Shown piece by piece: positions 55,387 to 63,544 of a DNA stretch of 64,000 bases (positions are counted from its first letter, which is position 1; every line of letters starts with the position of its first letter). Both the position numbers and the translations under genes were made by a program. Source of the stretch: a virus (taxonomy: Duplodnaviria; Heunggongvirae; Uroviricota; Caudoviricetes); the IMG/VR virus record IMGVR_UViG_3300049482_000044, positions 1-64,000 of that record; one strand, given 5' to 3'. The notes beneath the pieces are model-generated. The model was given only the letters and a program-made list of their open reading frames with translations. It made no database searches and was not told the origin of the DNA.

Positions 55387-57255
55387 TCAGGCTCCATTTC
55401 GGTAGGTGTAGAGGGCATTGACGTACTCGACTGAGTGTGCCGCGTCGAGATTGTAGTTGTTGAGCATCTGATAGTCCCTGACCAGAACGTTGATCTTGGC
55501 GGTAGCCTTGCTCAGACGGTCCCGATCAGTGAAGTTCTCGTTGCCCTTATGAGTCAATGATACCACGGCGTCGAGGGCGGGGTCTAGGAGTTTCTTCCCC
55601 TTGATCTTGCCGAGTGCCGACGACTGCGAGGCAGCATAGGACAGGTACCAGTCATCGCTGCGAGCCTTGTCCATTTCCGTGATCGACTGTTCGATCTGCG
55701 ACAGGGTGAACGTGGCGTAAGCCGCGCGGAATGCCGTTTCGTCACGCTTGTAAACAATGACGGGAATGAATCCGGCCTGAATGACACGGAGATACTGATT
55801 GTATCCCGTGGAGCGATCAGCGGGGGAAACCATGAAATACTTTCCCGCAGGATTATCCGAAGCAATAGCGCCAGAGAAATCACCACCACTGGCGAGAACC
55901 TTTCCACTGTTCTTGGAAATGGCACCACGCACGGTGGGAATAGAAACCTTGACGGGGAGCAAAGCCTTAACGTCGTCCCATTCCAGCCAATTGACCCAAT
56001 CACTCGCTGAGTCGGCAGAAAGGACGATGTATTCGATACCGTAGAACAGGTTACCAACAGTCTCCCTGTTCTTGTTGGCGTATTCCTTGAGGGGATTGGG
56101 GAAACTAGATCCCGCAAATCCACGAATGTGAATGGCGTTCTGCGAGTAACGGCTATTCCATCCACGCCCAGCCTTACCGTACGATCCGGCGCGGTAGGTG
56201 TAATTCTGATATGCCATACACCCGGTGATAGAAATTACCTCAGGAATGGGAACGCCATTCCAATCCCACTTTACACCCTTAAGGAATGAGAAACCCTCAT
56301 TGTTCTTTCGCATCTTCCAGGCAGTAGGCGCATCGGCAGCATTTGCCAATTGTGCGTCAATTTCTGTCTGAATGACCGACTTAATTTCCTTCACCTTGCG
56401 AGCCAGGAAATCTGTCGTGCGCTTATCGTACATCAGTTCCTCGCGCGAGGGCGCGAACGAAACGTCACCGATGTTGGCAGCGATGACCAGACGGGCACCA
56501 TTAAAGTCGTCCAGGAGCGTTGACTTCACCCGATAGGGCACGTTGCCCATGAGCACGATCTTCTCGGAGTCGTACGAGCGATCAGGCTTGTACCACGCAT
56601 CGACAGAGCCAGCCTTGGTCCAGTCGGAGTAGCAGAGCGCAGGCACCGATCCATCAACGATGACCGTGCCAGGAGTCCAGTACGAGTAGAACGTCCCAGC
56701 CTTGTTGCGGAACGTGATCACGTCCTGAGACTTCACGGGAATGGTGATCGTCGTACCGTTACGCTCCGAGGTCGAAGCCGTATCGACAATTTCGATCTGC
56801 CCGATGCCGTCAGTACCCTTGGAGGCGACAGCCACCGTACGCACGCCGTTACGGACGGACGTGATGGTGAAGGTGTTTGAGTAGGTCAGGCCAGACTTAC
56901 AGCCGAGCCCGAGCATCCCAACCACGTCGTTAGACTCGCGCTTGTCCGAGCGGCCATAGAGCGAGTAGTGGTCAAGGATCGTGTCGGTCGTCATGCCGAT
57001 ACCGAAGTCCTGAATGGTCAGGGTCGGAGCAAGTGACGTAGGCAGGGTGACCTTGATCGGCTCAGCAGAGCCAGCCTCACGCGCGGCGTCGAGTCCGTTA
57101 GTGGAATACTCACGGATGACAGCCATGATCGGATCGGCGTACAGGTTGGTCAGGACCGACAGGATGTGTGCCATAGCAGTCGTGTCAAGGCCCATAGCCT
57201 TTGTCTGACCGCCGATGGTCGAGTGAGTGGTGATGACCTGGGTGTTCGGCTTCAT
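55387..57255 (-). CDS. rIIA-like protein with N-terminal HATPase_c domain
   Basis: N-box IREYSTNGLDAAREAG and G1 box LTIQDFGIGMT of GHKL ATPases in a 622-aa protein followed by a partner gene, as in rIIA-rIIB. Confidence 0.45.
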   Translation of the reverse strand: MKPNTQVITTHSTIGGQTKAMGLDTTAMAHILSVLTNLYADPIMAVIREYSTNGLDAAREAGSAEPIKVTLPTSLAPTLTIQDFGIGMTTDTILDHYSLYGRSDKRESNDVVGMLGLGCKSGLTYSNTFTITSVRNGVRTVAVASKGTDGIGQIEIVDTASTSERNGTTITIPVKSQDVITFRNKAGTFYSYWTPGTVIVDGSVPALCYSDWTKAGSVDAWYKPDRSYDSEKIVLMGNVPYRVKSTLLDDFNGARLVIAANIGDVSFAPSREELMYDKRTTDFLARKVKEIKSVIQTEIDAQLANAADAPTAWKMRKNNEGFSFLKGVKWDWNGVPIPEVISITGCMAYQNYTYRAGSYGKAGRGWNSRYSQNAIHIRGFAGSSFPNPLKEYANKNRETVGNLFYGIEYIVLSADSASDWVNWLEWDDVKALLPVKVSIPTVRGAISKNSGKVLASGGDFSGAIASDNPAGKYFMVSPADRSTGYNQYLRVIQAGFIPVIVYKRDETAFRAAYATFTLSQIEQSITEMDKARSDDWYLSYAASQSSALGKIKGKKLLDPALDAVVSLTHKGNENFTDRDRLSKATAKINVLVRDYQMLNNYNLDAAHSVEYVNALYTYRNGA

Positions 57256-57299
57256 GTTTAGTGCCTCTCGTCTGGGTGTAGGTCAAGAATAGCAGCGAA

Positions 57300-57415
57300 G
57301 AGGTGTCGTGTCTAGAGGTTTCTGGCGCTTTTTCGGGAGTTTCTTAAATGCTTCGTAATTGACATGCCTGGAGATCCGGGGCATGCCCCGCCCGAAGGCG
57401 GGGCGTCAATCCCTA
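57300..57415 (-). repeat. regulatory repeat unit R2
   Basis: CTTCGTAATTGACA box, CGGGGCATGCCCCG palindrome overlapping a GCCCCGCC-CGAA-GGCGGGGC hairpin, then GTCAATCCC. Confidence 0.5.
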
Positions 57416-57731
57416 ATGCGTGTACCGCTTGACGAATCCCTCTGTGTCCCAGGACACGATCTTCACGCCGTCCTTAGCAACAAGAGTCACCGAGTCGCGG
57501 TGAAGGTCGATGATCGGGACGTTGTGCTCGTTGTCCACAGGCTTGCCCACCTGAATATGAGTCACATCACCAAGAGAGAAGAGGCGGTCGATGATCGTCG
57601 CGTTACCAACTGCGACATCATGCCCTTCGAAGTCGATAGCATTTGCGACGGTCGAAAGAAACCCGTCCGTAAACTTTTCTGCCGCGAGGTATATAAAACT
57701 GTCCAGGGACTTGATGCCTACGTTATACATG
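57413..57731 (-). CDS. hypothetical protein
   Basis: SD AAGGAG-N6-ATG; upstream TTGACT-N17-TAGTAG with a hairpin in the spacer. Confidence 0.4.
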
Positions 57732-57796
57732 ATGCTCCTTGTAGTTGGTAGTACCACTACTACCGCCTCAGAGGGCGGCAGTCAAGGCTTTTCGGA

Positions 57797-57868
57797 GGGG
57801 AATGAGGGAATCGAACCCTGAAATGTACGCTTTGCAGGCGTCATGCAGACCATCTACAACAAACCCCA
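57797..57868 (-). tRNA. tRNA-like, anticodon GCA (Cys-type), imperfect acceptor
   Basis: Minus-strand T-arm CAGGG-TTCGATT-CCCTC and anticodon loop CTGCAAA; acceptor GGGGTTT/ATTCCCC has two U-U mismatches. Confidence 0.3.
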
Positions 57869-57871
57869 TGG

Positions 57872-57942
57872 TAGGAGCACGGGGAATCGAACCCCGGAAT
57901 GCTGGGTAAGAGCCAGCGGTTATACCACTTTACTATACTCCC
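57872..57942 (-). tRNA. tRNA-Lys (CUU), CCA encoded
   Basis: Acceptor GGGAGTA/TGCTCCT, anticodon stem GCTGG/CCAGC with loop CTCTTAC, T-arm CGGGG-TTCGATT-CCCCG. Confidence 0.6.
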
Positions 57943-57985
57943 ATGGCTCCCCGATTTTTTAATAGCAGTTGGGGATTCTGCCTTG

Positions 57986-58058
57986 CTGCTCACACAGGAT
58001 TCGAACCTGTATCGTGCTCCTTAACAGGGAGCCGTCTTGCCAGTTAGACGAATGAGCA
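57986..58058 (-). tRNA. tRNA-Asn (GUU)
   Basis: Acceptor TGCTCAT/GTGAGCA, D GTCT-AACTGGCA-AGAC, anticodon stem GCTCC/GGAGC with loop CTGTTAA, T-arm ACAGG-TTCGAAT-CCTGT. Confidence 0.6.
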
Positions 58059-58099
58059 TTAACGGGATTGGTGTAGAGCGAACTCATAACCAATCCCCG

Positions 58100-58172
58100 C
58101 GCGACCTACGGGAGTCGAACCCGCTCCTAACACCGTGACAGGGTGTAATCTTAACCGTTTGACCTAGATCGC
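58100..58172 (-). tRNA. tRNA-Asp (GUC)
   Basis: Acceptor GCGATCT/AGGTCGC, anticodon stem ACACC/GGTGT with loop CTGTCAC, T-arm GCGGG-TTCGACT-CCCGT; fits standard numbering exactly. Confidence 0.65.
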
Positions 58173-58184
58173 ATGTTGCTTACG

Positions 58185-58256
58185 TAGCCCCAGGGAGTTT
58201 CGATCTCCCTTCACAGTGGTGAAAGCACTGTATCCTAGCCATTAGACGATGGGGCC
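58185..58256 (-). tRNA. tRNA-Glu (UUC)
   Basis: Acceptor GGCCCCA/TGGGGCT, anticodon stem CAGTG/CACTG with loop CTTTCAC, T-arm GGGAG-ATCGAAA-CTCCC. Confidence 0.5.
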
Positions 58257-58322
58257 TTAACCTTCTAGCGCCGCCCGCCCTAGTAGCGTGGTCACAGGGG
58301 ATACGATCCCTTTTCGAAGGAG

Positions 58323-58392
58323 TGTCAGTAGTAGGAATCGAACCCAACTCGGTAGTGGTTTACAGCCACGCCTCGTGCCACACGTTACTGAC
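58323..58392 (-). tRNA. tRNA-Tyr-like (GUA), short (70 nt)
   Basis: Acceptor GTCAGTA/TACTGAC is perfect, anticodon stem GTGG/CCAC with loop CTGTAAA, T-arm TTGGG-TTCGATT-CCTAC; variable region shorter than expected for class II. Confidence 0.4.
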
Positions 58393-58438
58393 ATTCTTGC
58401 CGGGGTGAGGAGATTATCACCCATCCCCGGCAGAGTCT

Positions 58439-58585
58439 CTATTCTACTGTACGCTTAGGGGTTGTGTCAAGTGCGTCTCCAAGCACTCCCTCGACGTGGC
58501 GTAGGGTGGACAGTAGTTTCGCGTTTGTGTCAAGCAGTTCGGCTATCCACGTTTCTAGGTAGTGGATACGCTGGTCTTTGTCCAT
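58439..58585 (-). CDS. small protein (48 aa), not in the ORF track
   Basis: Start in the conserved context TTGACA-N17-TAAGGT-TTACCT-ATG directly downstream of repeat unit R3. Confidence 0.4.
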   Translation of the reverse strand: MDKDQRIHYLETWIAELLDTNAKLLSTLRHVEGVLGDALDTTPKRTVE

Positions 58586-58712
58586 AGGTAAACCTTAGCA
58601 TCTAGCCAGCATGGTGTCAACAGATTTCCGGCGTTTTTTAGACTGTTCGTAACCAGAAAGATCTTGACACACGGGGCAAGATCTGCCCCGCCGAAGCGGG
58701 GCTGTCAAGCCA
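58586..58712 (-). repeat. regulatory repeat unit R3
   Basis: GGCTTGACAG, GCCCCGC-TTCG-GCGGGGC (UUCG tetraloop on the transcribed strand) overlapping GGGGCAGATCTGCCCC, TGTCAAGATC, TTACGAAC, CGCCGGAAA, then TTGACA-N17-TAAGGT-N6-ATG. Confidence 0.55.
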
Positions 58713-58835
58713 GGAATATGCCATAGAATAGAACGACAAAGGTAATCGCCAGCCCGAAACACTTTAGCGTTTCGCTCTCAGTGAAATAGGCTACCAATGC
58801 GCTGGCAATAGCAACAATGACCAGGAATAGCAACA

Positions 58836-59588
58836 TTAGCGCCCCTTAACAGCGAAACGGATATTAGCCTTGCCCTCAATACAAAGGCCACACGAGAAAC
58901 ACGCGCCGCCCTTATCCGTGATTAGCGGAATGCGACCCATTACCTCCGGGCACGCCGCGCCGGGCTTATTCTGGCCTGTCATTTCCTTAATCGCGTCGCC
59001 AGCCTCGCTAGCGGTGTCGGAAAGGTAGGCCAGGAGGATATTAGGGTATTCCTCCAAGATCGTTTCCGCATAAACGCGGTTAGCGTCATCGACGGAAAGG
59101 TAAATCGTCAGGTTGGGAATGTCGGAAAGAATGTCCACGACATTAGCACCCGGAATGAATGACCGCGTGTAGGCCCAGAATTGTACGTTAGGGTGAATTG
59201 CCACAACGTGCGCCCACGCTGCCGCATAAGTGCGGCTAAAGAAATCCCCGTCGTGGTGAATACGGAATGCCTTAACCGCGCCGCGCTTGTCGCAATCACG
59301 CTCGAAATCGTCAACCAGCGCAGAAAGGCTAATCACGAGGTCGGAATATGAGGCATTCTTTACGGCATCCCAATTCGCGGCCATAACAGCGGCGAAACCC
59401 TTAAAGATATTCTCCAATTTCCCAGCGTAACAAACCGACCCACAAACGCTAGTCTGTCCGGGGCAGGAGAATGCGCGGCCTGACAATAGGCCGAATGCGT
59501 TAGCGATATTAGCCGTCTTACCATTACGGCTCGCGCTAGTGGTCGTCTTACGGTCGGTGGAACGGCGAAGGGTGAGAGGCGGTGTCAT
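58836..59588 (-). CDS. Cys-rich hypothetical protein
   Basis: About 250 aa from the ATG at 59588 (six nt after a TACCCT -10); N-terminal C-x6-C-x3-C and C-terminal CFSCGLC clusters suggest metal/Fe-S binding. Confidence 0.45.
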   Translation of the reverse strand: MTPPLTLRRSTDRKTTTSASRNGKTANIANAFGLLSGRAFSCPGQTSVCGSVCYAGKLENIFKGFAAVMAANWDAVKNASYSDLVISLSALVDDFERDCDKRGAVKAFRIHHDGDFFSRTYAAAWAHVVAIHPNVQFWAYTRSFIPGANVVDILSDIPNLTIYLSVDDANRVYAETILEEYPNILLAYLSDTASEAGDAIKEMTGQNKPGAACPEVMGRIPLITDKGGACFSCGLCIEGKANIRFAVKGR

Positions 59589-59716
59589 AGTTCTAGGGTA
59601 GCCCATCGGTCGAGTCGAGTCAAGCAATTTCCGGCGAAATATTCGACTTTCTTAAACCTTGACAGGTCAGCCCCTGCGGGGCAGACCTTGCCCCGCCGAA
59701 GCGGGGTTTGTCAAAC
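59589..59716 (-). repeat. regulatory repeat unit R4
   Basis: Three overlapping hairpins (GCCCCTGCGGGGC; GGGGCAGACCTTGCCCC; GCCCCGCCGAAGCGGGG), TTGACA/TGTCAA boxes, CGCCGGAAA, then TTGACT-N17-TACCCT-N6-ATG. Confidence 0.55.
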
Positions 59717-59848
59717 CTCGTTGGCGGGGATGTGAAGCCCACAAAGCATCACGCCGTGACGCACGAACGTACCAACATTCTCACAGTAGGTGTAATCCTT
59801 GCCCTGTACGATCTGGTAGACGTACTCACACGGTGTCGAGTCTTTCAT
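59711..59848 (-). CDS. small Cys-rich protein (45 aa)
   Basis: GGAGGCGTCCG-ATG start; the track ORF is longer, from an upstream ATG. Confidence 0.35.
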   Translation of the reverse strand: MKDSTPCEYVYQIVQGKDYTYCENVGTFVRHGVMLCGLHIPANEV

Positions 59849-60113
59849 CGGACGCCTCCCAAACACTGTTGACGGCCTTCCCCCACGAACGGTGAGTGTC
59901 GCCAACCCATGCGTACGGGTCGCGCATGATTGCGATAGCCTCAACGATGCCGATAGCCTTAGCCTCGTCCATCGCGTTGCCAGTCTTGCGCGTGTTGTCT
60001 AGGTGCTGCTCCATCATTTCTACGATGGAGCGCCCGCCGTATTTCGGATTGGAGGCAGGCGCGCATACTTCGCCTGACGGTGTGACGAACGCGCGGCTAG
60101 TCACTCTGCCCAC
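59826..60113 (-). CDS. hypothetical protein
   Basis: 95-aa ORF (GTG start in track; true start uncertain). Confidence 0.35.
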   Translation of the reverse strand: MGRVTSRAFVTPSGEVCAPASNPKYGGRSIVEMMEQHLDNTRKTGNAMDEAKAIGIVEAIAIMRDPYAWVGDTHRSWGKAVNSVWEASDERLDTV

Positions 60114-60247
60114 CCCTTGCCCTTGTGCTTCGGCTTGCGCTGGTAGTCTTTGACAGACTTATGCTTCGTGGTTGCGTTGCTTGACCGCAGCCCCTCGACG
60201 CGACGCTGGTGCTCGGCAGTACGGCGGTGGTTAACGTGGTTGCTCAT
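60101..60247 (-). CDS. small basic protein (48 aa), not in the ORF track
   Basis: TTGACA-N17-TAGAGT-N6-ATG leaderless promoter directly upstream (unit R5, promoter only); Lys/Arg/His-rich. Confidence 0.4.
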   Translation of the reverse strand: MSNHVNHRRTAEHQRRVEGLRSSNATTKHKSVKDYQRKPKHKGKGWAE

Positions 60248-60433
60248 GTTCCTACTCTAATCTGTTTCGGGCGGGGTGTCAAGACTAAACCACTCAAAGA
60301 ACCAGTCGTTCTCAGTCCTCAAGTGTTTCTACCGCTTCGGCCACGCGGAGCAGGAAACGACATAGCGAGGGGTTGAGGAATGTAACCTCGGCGGCAAACT
60401 CGTCTAGCATGTCGATAAGTTCCTGGCGCTTCA

Positions 60434-60649
60434 TCAGTACGATCCTTCCGAGCATCCCCAGCAGCCGCAGCCGTCCGAGTGATTGACTTCCGGGTAACGC
60501 CGCTCGATTGCGTCTAGTGCGTCGTCGAGAATCTCGGCGTGACGCTCGCAAATAGTGCTATCGGTACAGCCAGAACGCGACACGCGCTCAAACAGGTCAC
60601 CGCCACACTCAGAATCCTCGTAGGACCGGGAACAGGTTTCTGTGCTCAT
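60434..60649 (-). CDS. Cys-rich hypothetical protein
   Basis: 71 aa; start context AAGGTTTACTCATG shared with R3 and R12; eight Cys including GCGCWGC. Confidence 0.45.
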   Translation of the reverse strand: MSTETCSRSYEDSECGGDLFERVSRSGCTDSTICERHAEILDDALDAIERRYPEVNHSDGCGCWGCSEGSY

Positions 60650-60775
60650 GAGTAAACCTTAGCAGTCAGCCTAGCGTGAGTCAAGCATTTTCCGGCGAAT
60701 ATTTCGTGTTTCGTAAGTTGACAGATCATGCCCCAGCGGGGCAAGATCTTGCCCCGCGTAGCGGGCAGATGATCA
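60650..60775 (-). repeat. regulatory repeat unit R6
   Basis: CGGGGCAAGATCTTGCCCCG perfect 20-bp palindrome overlapping a GCCCCGCG-TA-GCGGGC hairpin; TTACGAAACACGAAATATTCGCCGGAAAA; then TTGACT-N17-TAAGGT-N6-ATG. Confidence 0.55.
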
Positions 60776-60932
60776 TCGCAAAATCATTTTGGTCGATGTC
60801 TAATCTGCCCGCTGCGCGGTATTCTCATATGGTATTCTTTTAAGGTTGGTGGCTTAGGGTAACTATGTCGTCACCACCGGTTTATTTCCTCGACCGCTTA
60901 GGTCACCCAGGAAATCTGTTAGGGCATGATCG

Positions 60933-61193
60933 TTACTTGCCCTTCCGCGCCTGACGAGCCTTCTGGCCCCGGCGTGCCTTGTAACGCTGGGCATCAGCGT
61001 CTGTCTGGTCCTCGCGCACGTCCGTCTCGATGACGTTCGCGTACACGGTGATCACGCGCTTACCGATGGGGTCGACCACGGCCACGACGCCGTTACGGAT
61101 GTGCCGACGCTGGCCGGGAAAGCGCCCGTTGTCGTAGGAGATCTGCGGGTTGTCCGCAGCAGCGAGCACGTCGTTAACCGAAATGCCCTTCTG
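60933..61193 (-). CDS. hypothetical protein
   Basis: Probable GTG start with GGAG SD at 61193; basic C-terminal tail. Confidence 0.35.
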   Translation of the reverse strand, partial: QKGISVNDVLAAADNPQISYDNGRFPGQRRHIRNGVVAVVDPIGKRVITVYANVIETDVREDQTDADAQRYKARRGQKARQARKGK

Positions 61194-61364
61194 CGAGGCC
61201 TGGACAAGCGCGTGGGCGGTGGCGGTGAACACGATAGACTCCCGAATGTAGGTGGAACAGAGGATCAAAGCAACGGTAGGTTTTCACGCGGACCCTGTAA
61301 GTCCTGTCGCCCCATTTTCTGCGGCGAGTGCTACTAGGCTACCGCTGCTTTCATCCTCTGTTCT

Positions 61365-61497
61365 CTTGTAGTCATAGACTAGCAGCCTGAGCGAGCCGTG
61401 TCTAGCGTTTTCTGGGGAAATATTCGATCTTTCTTAACTTGCCTAGAAGAACTTAGCGGGCTAAGTTCTTGCCCCGCCGAAGCGGGGCTTGTCAAGC
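61365..61497 (-). repeat. regulatory repeat unit R7 with operator-like palindrome
   Basis: TAGTCATAGACTA at 61369-61381; AACTTAGC-GG-GCTAAGTT palindrome; GCCCCGCC-GAAG-CGGGGC hairpin; TGTCAAGCC. Confidence 0.5.
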
Positions 61498-61623
61498 CTT
61501 AGAGACTGTTTTTCCATGCTTGACGCTCACGACGACGGGTGAGACGGCGCTCCTGGCGAGGCGTCATGTTGTTGTGGCAGCAACCGTACGAGCAACGTGA
61601 CTTGTCAGTCACGCGCCCGACGT

Positions 61624-61797
61624 TACGATTCTTGCGGAGCATTAGTGACATCTCCCTCGATATCCCACGTTGCGGCACAGTTCTTCCAATTATCACACTC
61701 AAAACCGATAGGGACGCGCTCCTGCAAGTAGGCGCGTCCCTGCCACTCGGTTTCGACAGAAATTCGATCACCACAGAACGGACAGCGAATGTTCATC
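61624..61797 (-). CDS. zinc-ribbon small protein (57 aa), not in the ORF track
   Basis: MNIRCPFCGD...FECDNWKNCAA (CxxC...CxxxxxC) with an ATG start; alternative to the track ORF 61499..61774 in another frame. Confidence 0.4.
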
Positions 61798-61866
61798 AGT
61801 CACCTACAATCAGAAGCCAAAGAACGGTCAGGGTGGCCGCACTCAGCAGCAGAAGAAATCCCATGC

Positions 61867-62112
61867 TTAGATCATACTCCTACGCGCGGCCTCGGTCAAG
61901 CCTCCGAAGATGCCGTCGAGAACGATCCGCTTGTTGTCCTCGTTCGTCCAGAATCCTTGCGCGAGGCAAGCGCGCTTGACGTCGGCGGGGCAGTTATCGC
62001 ACGCCTGCTCGACAAACTCGTTTTGCTTGCGCTCCATGCCAGACATGCGCCACTTGTCAATGAAGCCAATGTCGAAGCCGAGCGAGTCGGGGTGGCAGGG
62101 AGTGGTGATCAT
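61867..62112 (-). CDS. WhiB-like Fe-S transcription regulator
   Basis: Cys at PCHPD, ACDNC and RAC, plus the GIFGGLT turn (G[VI]WGG-like). Confidence 0.45.
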   Translation of the reverse strand: MITTPCHPDSLGFDIGFIDKWRMSGMERKQNEFVEQACDNCPADVKRACLAQGFWTNEDNKRIVLDGIFGGLTEAARRSMI

Positions 62113-62303
62113 TTCGTTCTCCGTTTCGTTGGTAGTCTTAGACTATCATGGGGATCTGACAGTGCCAGCCTAGAAACGGACATTTCGACTAGTCACTTAT
62201 GACTATTTTTCTGGCAAATAACTAGTCATTCTTAACCATTGACAGAAGATCTTGACGGGCTAAGATCTTGCCCCGCCAGGGGCCGAAGCCCCTAGCGTTT
62301 AGC
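62113..62303 (-). repeat. regulatory repeat unit R8 with two operator-like palindromes
   Basis: TAGTCTTAGACTA at 62133-62145 and TAGTCACTTATGACTA at 62190-62205; CTGTCAGA box; TTGACAGAAGATCTTGAC; GGGC-TAAGATCTT-GCCC and GGGGC-CGAA-GCCCC hairpins. Confidence 0.55.
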
Positions 62304-62547
62304 CCCGATCCCAATAAGAATCGAGGAAGGCGTCCTCGCCAGCGAAATCTGGCACGTCGGCATAGTCCTCGTCATCTTCGTCGTCCTCGTCATCCGGCTC
62401 GACGTCACAGATGCCGTACTCGTGCTCGCAGAGCGCGTGCTCGTTGCCCGGACGGGAGGTGTCGAACGCACCAGGCTCGTCGTACCACTGGACGCCACAG
62501 GGGTCGTCGTTCGTGTGACCACAGCAGGGGAAATCTTCGCAGCGCAT
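62299..62547 (-). CDS. Cys-rich protein with poly-acidic C-terminus
   Basis: SD GAGAGG-N7-ATG; CEDFPCCGH...CGVQ...CEHEYGIC followed by a DDEDDEDDED run. Confidence 0.45.
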   Translation of the reverse strand: MRCEDFPCCGHTNDDPCGVQWYDEPGAFDTSRPGNEHALCEHEYGICDVEPDDEDDEDDEDYADVPDFAGEDAFLDSYWDRG

Positions 62548-62696
62548 GGGCTTGCCTCTCATTGGTTGGTAGCACCAGCGTATCACACGGGTCTGACATT
62601 CGCAGCATTTTCCGGCATCTCGTAACCTGATCGTAACCTTGCTTTTAAGATCTTCGCGGGGGAAGATCTTGCCCCGCCGTGGCGGGGCTGTCAAGC
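62548..62696 (-). repeat. regulatory repeat unit R9
   Basis: TGTCAGACC box; CATTTTCCGGC; TCGTAAC twice; GGGGGAAGATCTTGCCCC palindrome overlapping GCCCCGCC-GT-GGCGGGGC; TGTCAAGCC. Confidence 0.55.
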
Positions 62697-62882
62697 CTAC
62701 TCACCAGCCGTTCCCCAACGGCGGAAATAGTCCATTTCAGCCTGACGCATTGCTTTACGCTCCTCGTCAGAAAGATCGCGGAGAACGAAAGGAAAGCATT
62801 TCGGGCACGCTTTAGCGGTTCCGACATAAACGCACGAACAAACGTCACAAGTGACGTCGGGAACAGGAACATATACGAGCAT
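62697..62882 (-). CDS. Cys4 zinc-finger small protein
   Basis: TAATG overlap with the upstream gene; CDVCSC...CPKC. Confidence 0.4.
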   Translation of the reverse strand: MLVYVPVPDVTCDVCSCVYVGTAKACPKCFPFVLRDLSDEERKAMRQAEMDYFRRWGTAGE

Positions 62883-63142
62883 TAGATAATACCTTTGTTC
62901 AGAAGATCGAGAGCGATATCCCATTTAGCGTCCTCGAATGCCTCGGGAATGAGTGCGTCAACCTCACGCATGGGGTCGAATACAACGGCCTTACCTGTTT
63001 CCAGGTCGAGAACGATCATCGCGCGAGAATAACGGCCAGCCGTCACGCGCACGGGAATGCGCGCGCCACACGCGCCCACGAGGTAGCAATACTCTGGCAG
63101 AGCCACGACGCGCGTACGCACGGGGCGAAACACGCTAATCAT
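62882..63142 (-). CDS. hypothetical protein
   Basis: ATGA overlap start at 63142; 86 aa. Confidence 0.4.
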   Translation of the reverse strand: MISVFRPVRTRVVALPEYCYLVGACGARIPVRVTAGRYSRAMIVLDLETGKAVVFDPMREVDALIPEAFEDAKWDIALDLLNKGII

Positions 63143-63369
63143 CGCGCGCTCGCAGCGAACGGGACGGGCGAGGCATGAACGCCACGACGACCATCGGCCC
63201 AATAGGTGAGCACCTGCTCGGGGACGTTAATCGGGCTACGACCGCGCATGGTCGCAACGTGAGCGGCATAGAACATGCCGACAAGGTGGACACCGTGCGA
63301 GTCGAGAGGCGACAGGACACAGGCAGAGCAACGGCACTTTGGGGATTCATTCATCATCTTCATAGTCAT
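63139..63369 (-). CDS. Cys-rich hypothetical protein
   Basis: CRCSAC motif; the start codon lies inside the operator-like palindrome at 63363-63375. Confidence 0.45.
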   Translation of the reverse strand: MTMKMMNESPKCRCSACVLSPLDSHGVHLVGMFYAAHVATMRGRSPINVPEQVLTYWADGRRGVHASPVPFAASAR

Positions 63370-63544
63370 AGACTATCAGTAGGGTCCGACAGTGGCAGCA
63401 CGGGAACTGGGGCAAATCGGACATATCTGACTAGTCATTTGTGACTAACTTTTCCAGCGAAAAATAGTCCTATCGTAACTTGCTTCCGCCCGCTTCACGG
63501 GCTAAGATCTTGCCCCGCCAGGGGCCGAAGCCCCTAGCGTTTAG
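63370..63544 (-). repeat. regulatory repeat unit R10 with two operator-like palindromes
   Basis: TAGTCATAGACTA at 63363-63375 and TAGTCATTTGTGACTA at 63432-63447; GGTCCGACAG box; GGGC-TAAGATCTT-GCCC and GGGGC-CGAA-GCCCC hairpins (same as R8). Confidence 0.55.

Noticed and set aside
54647-55421. Plus-strand 219-aa ORF and other frames inside the rIIB-like gene
   Set aside because: Antisense to a longer, coupled minus-strand gene; valine/alanine-rich high-GC frame artefact.
61499-61774. Minus-strand 91-aa ORF from the track
   Set aside because: Out of frame with a cleaner 57-aa zinc-ribbon ORF (61624..61797) that has an ATG start and coupling to an upstream mini-ORF. Only its C-terminal 47 aa might be real as a small basic protein, and I kept it out of the feature list.
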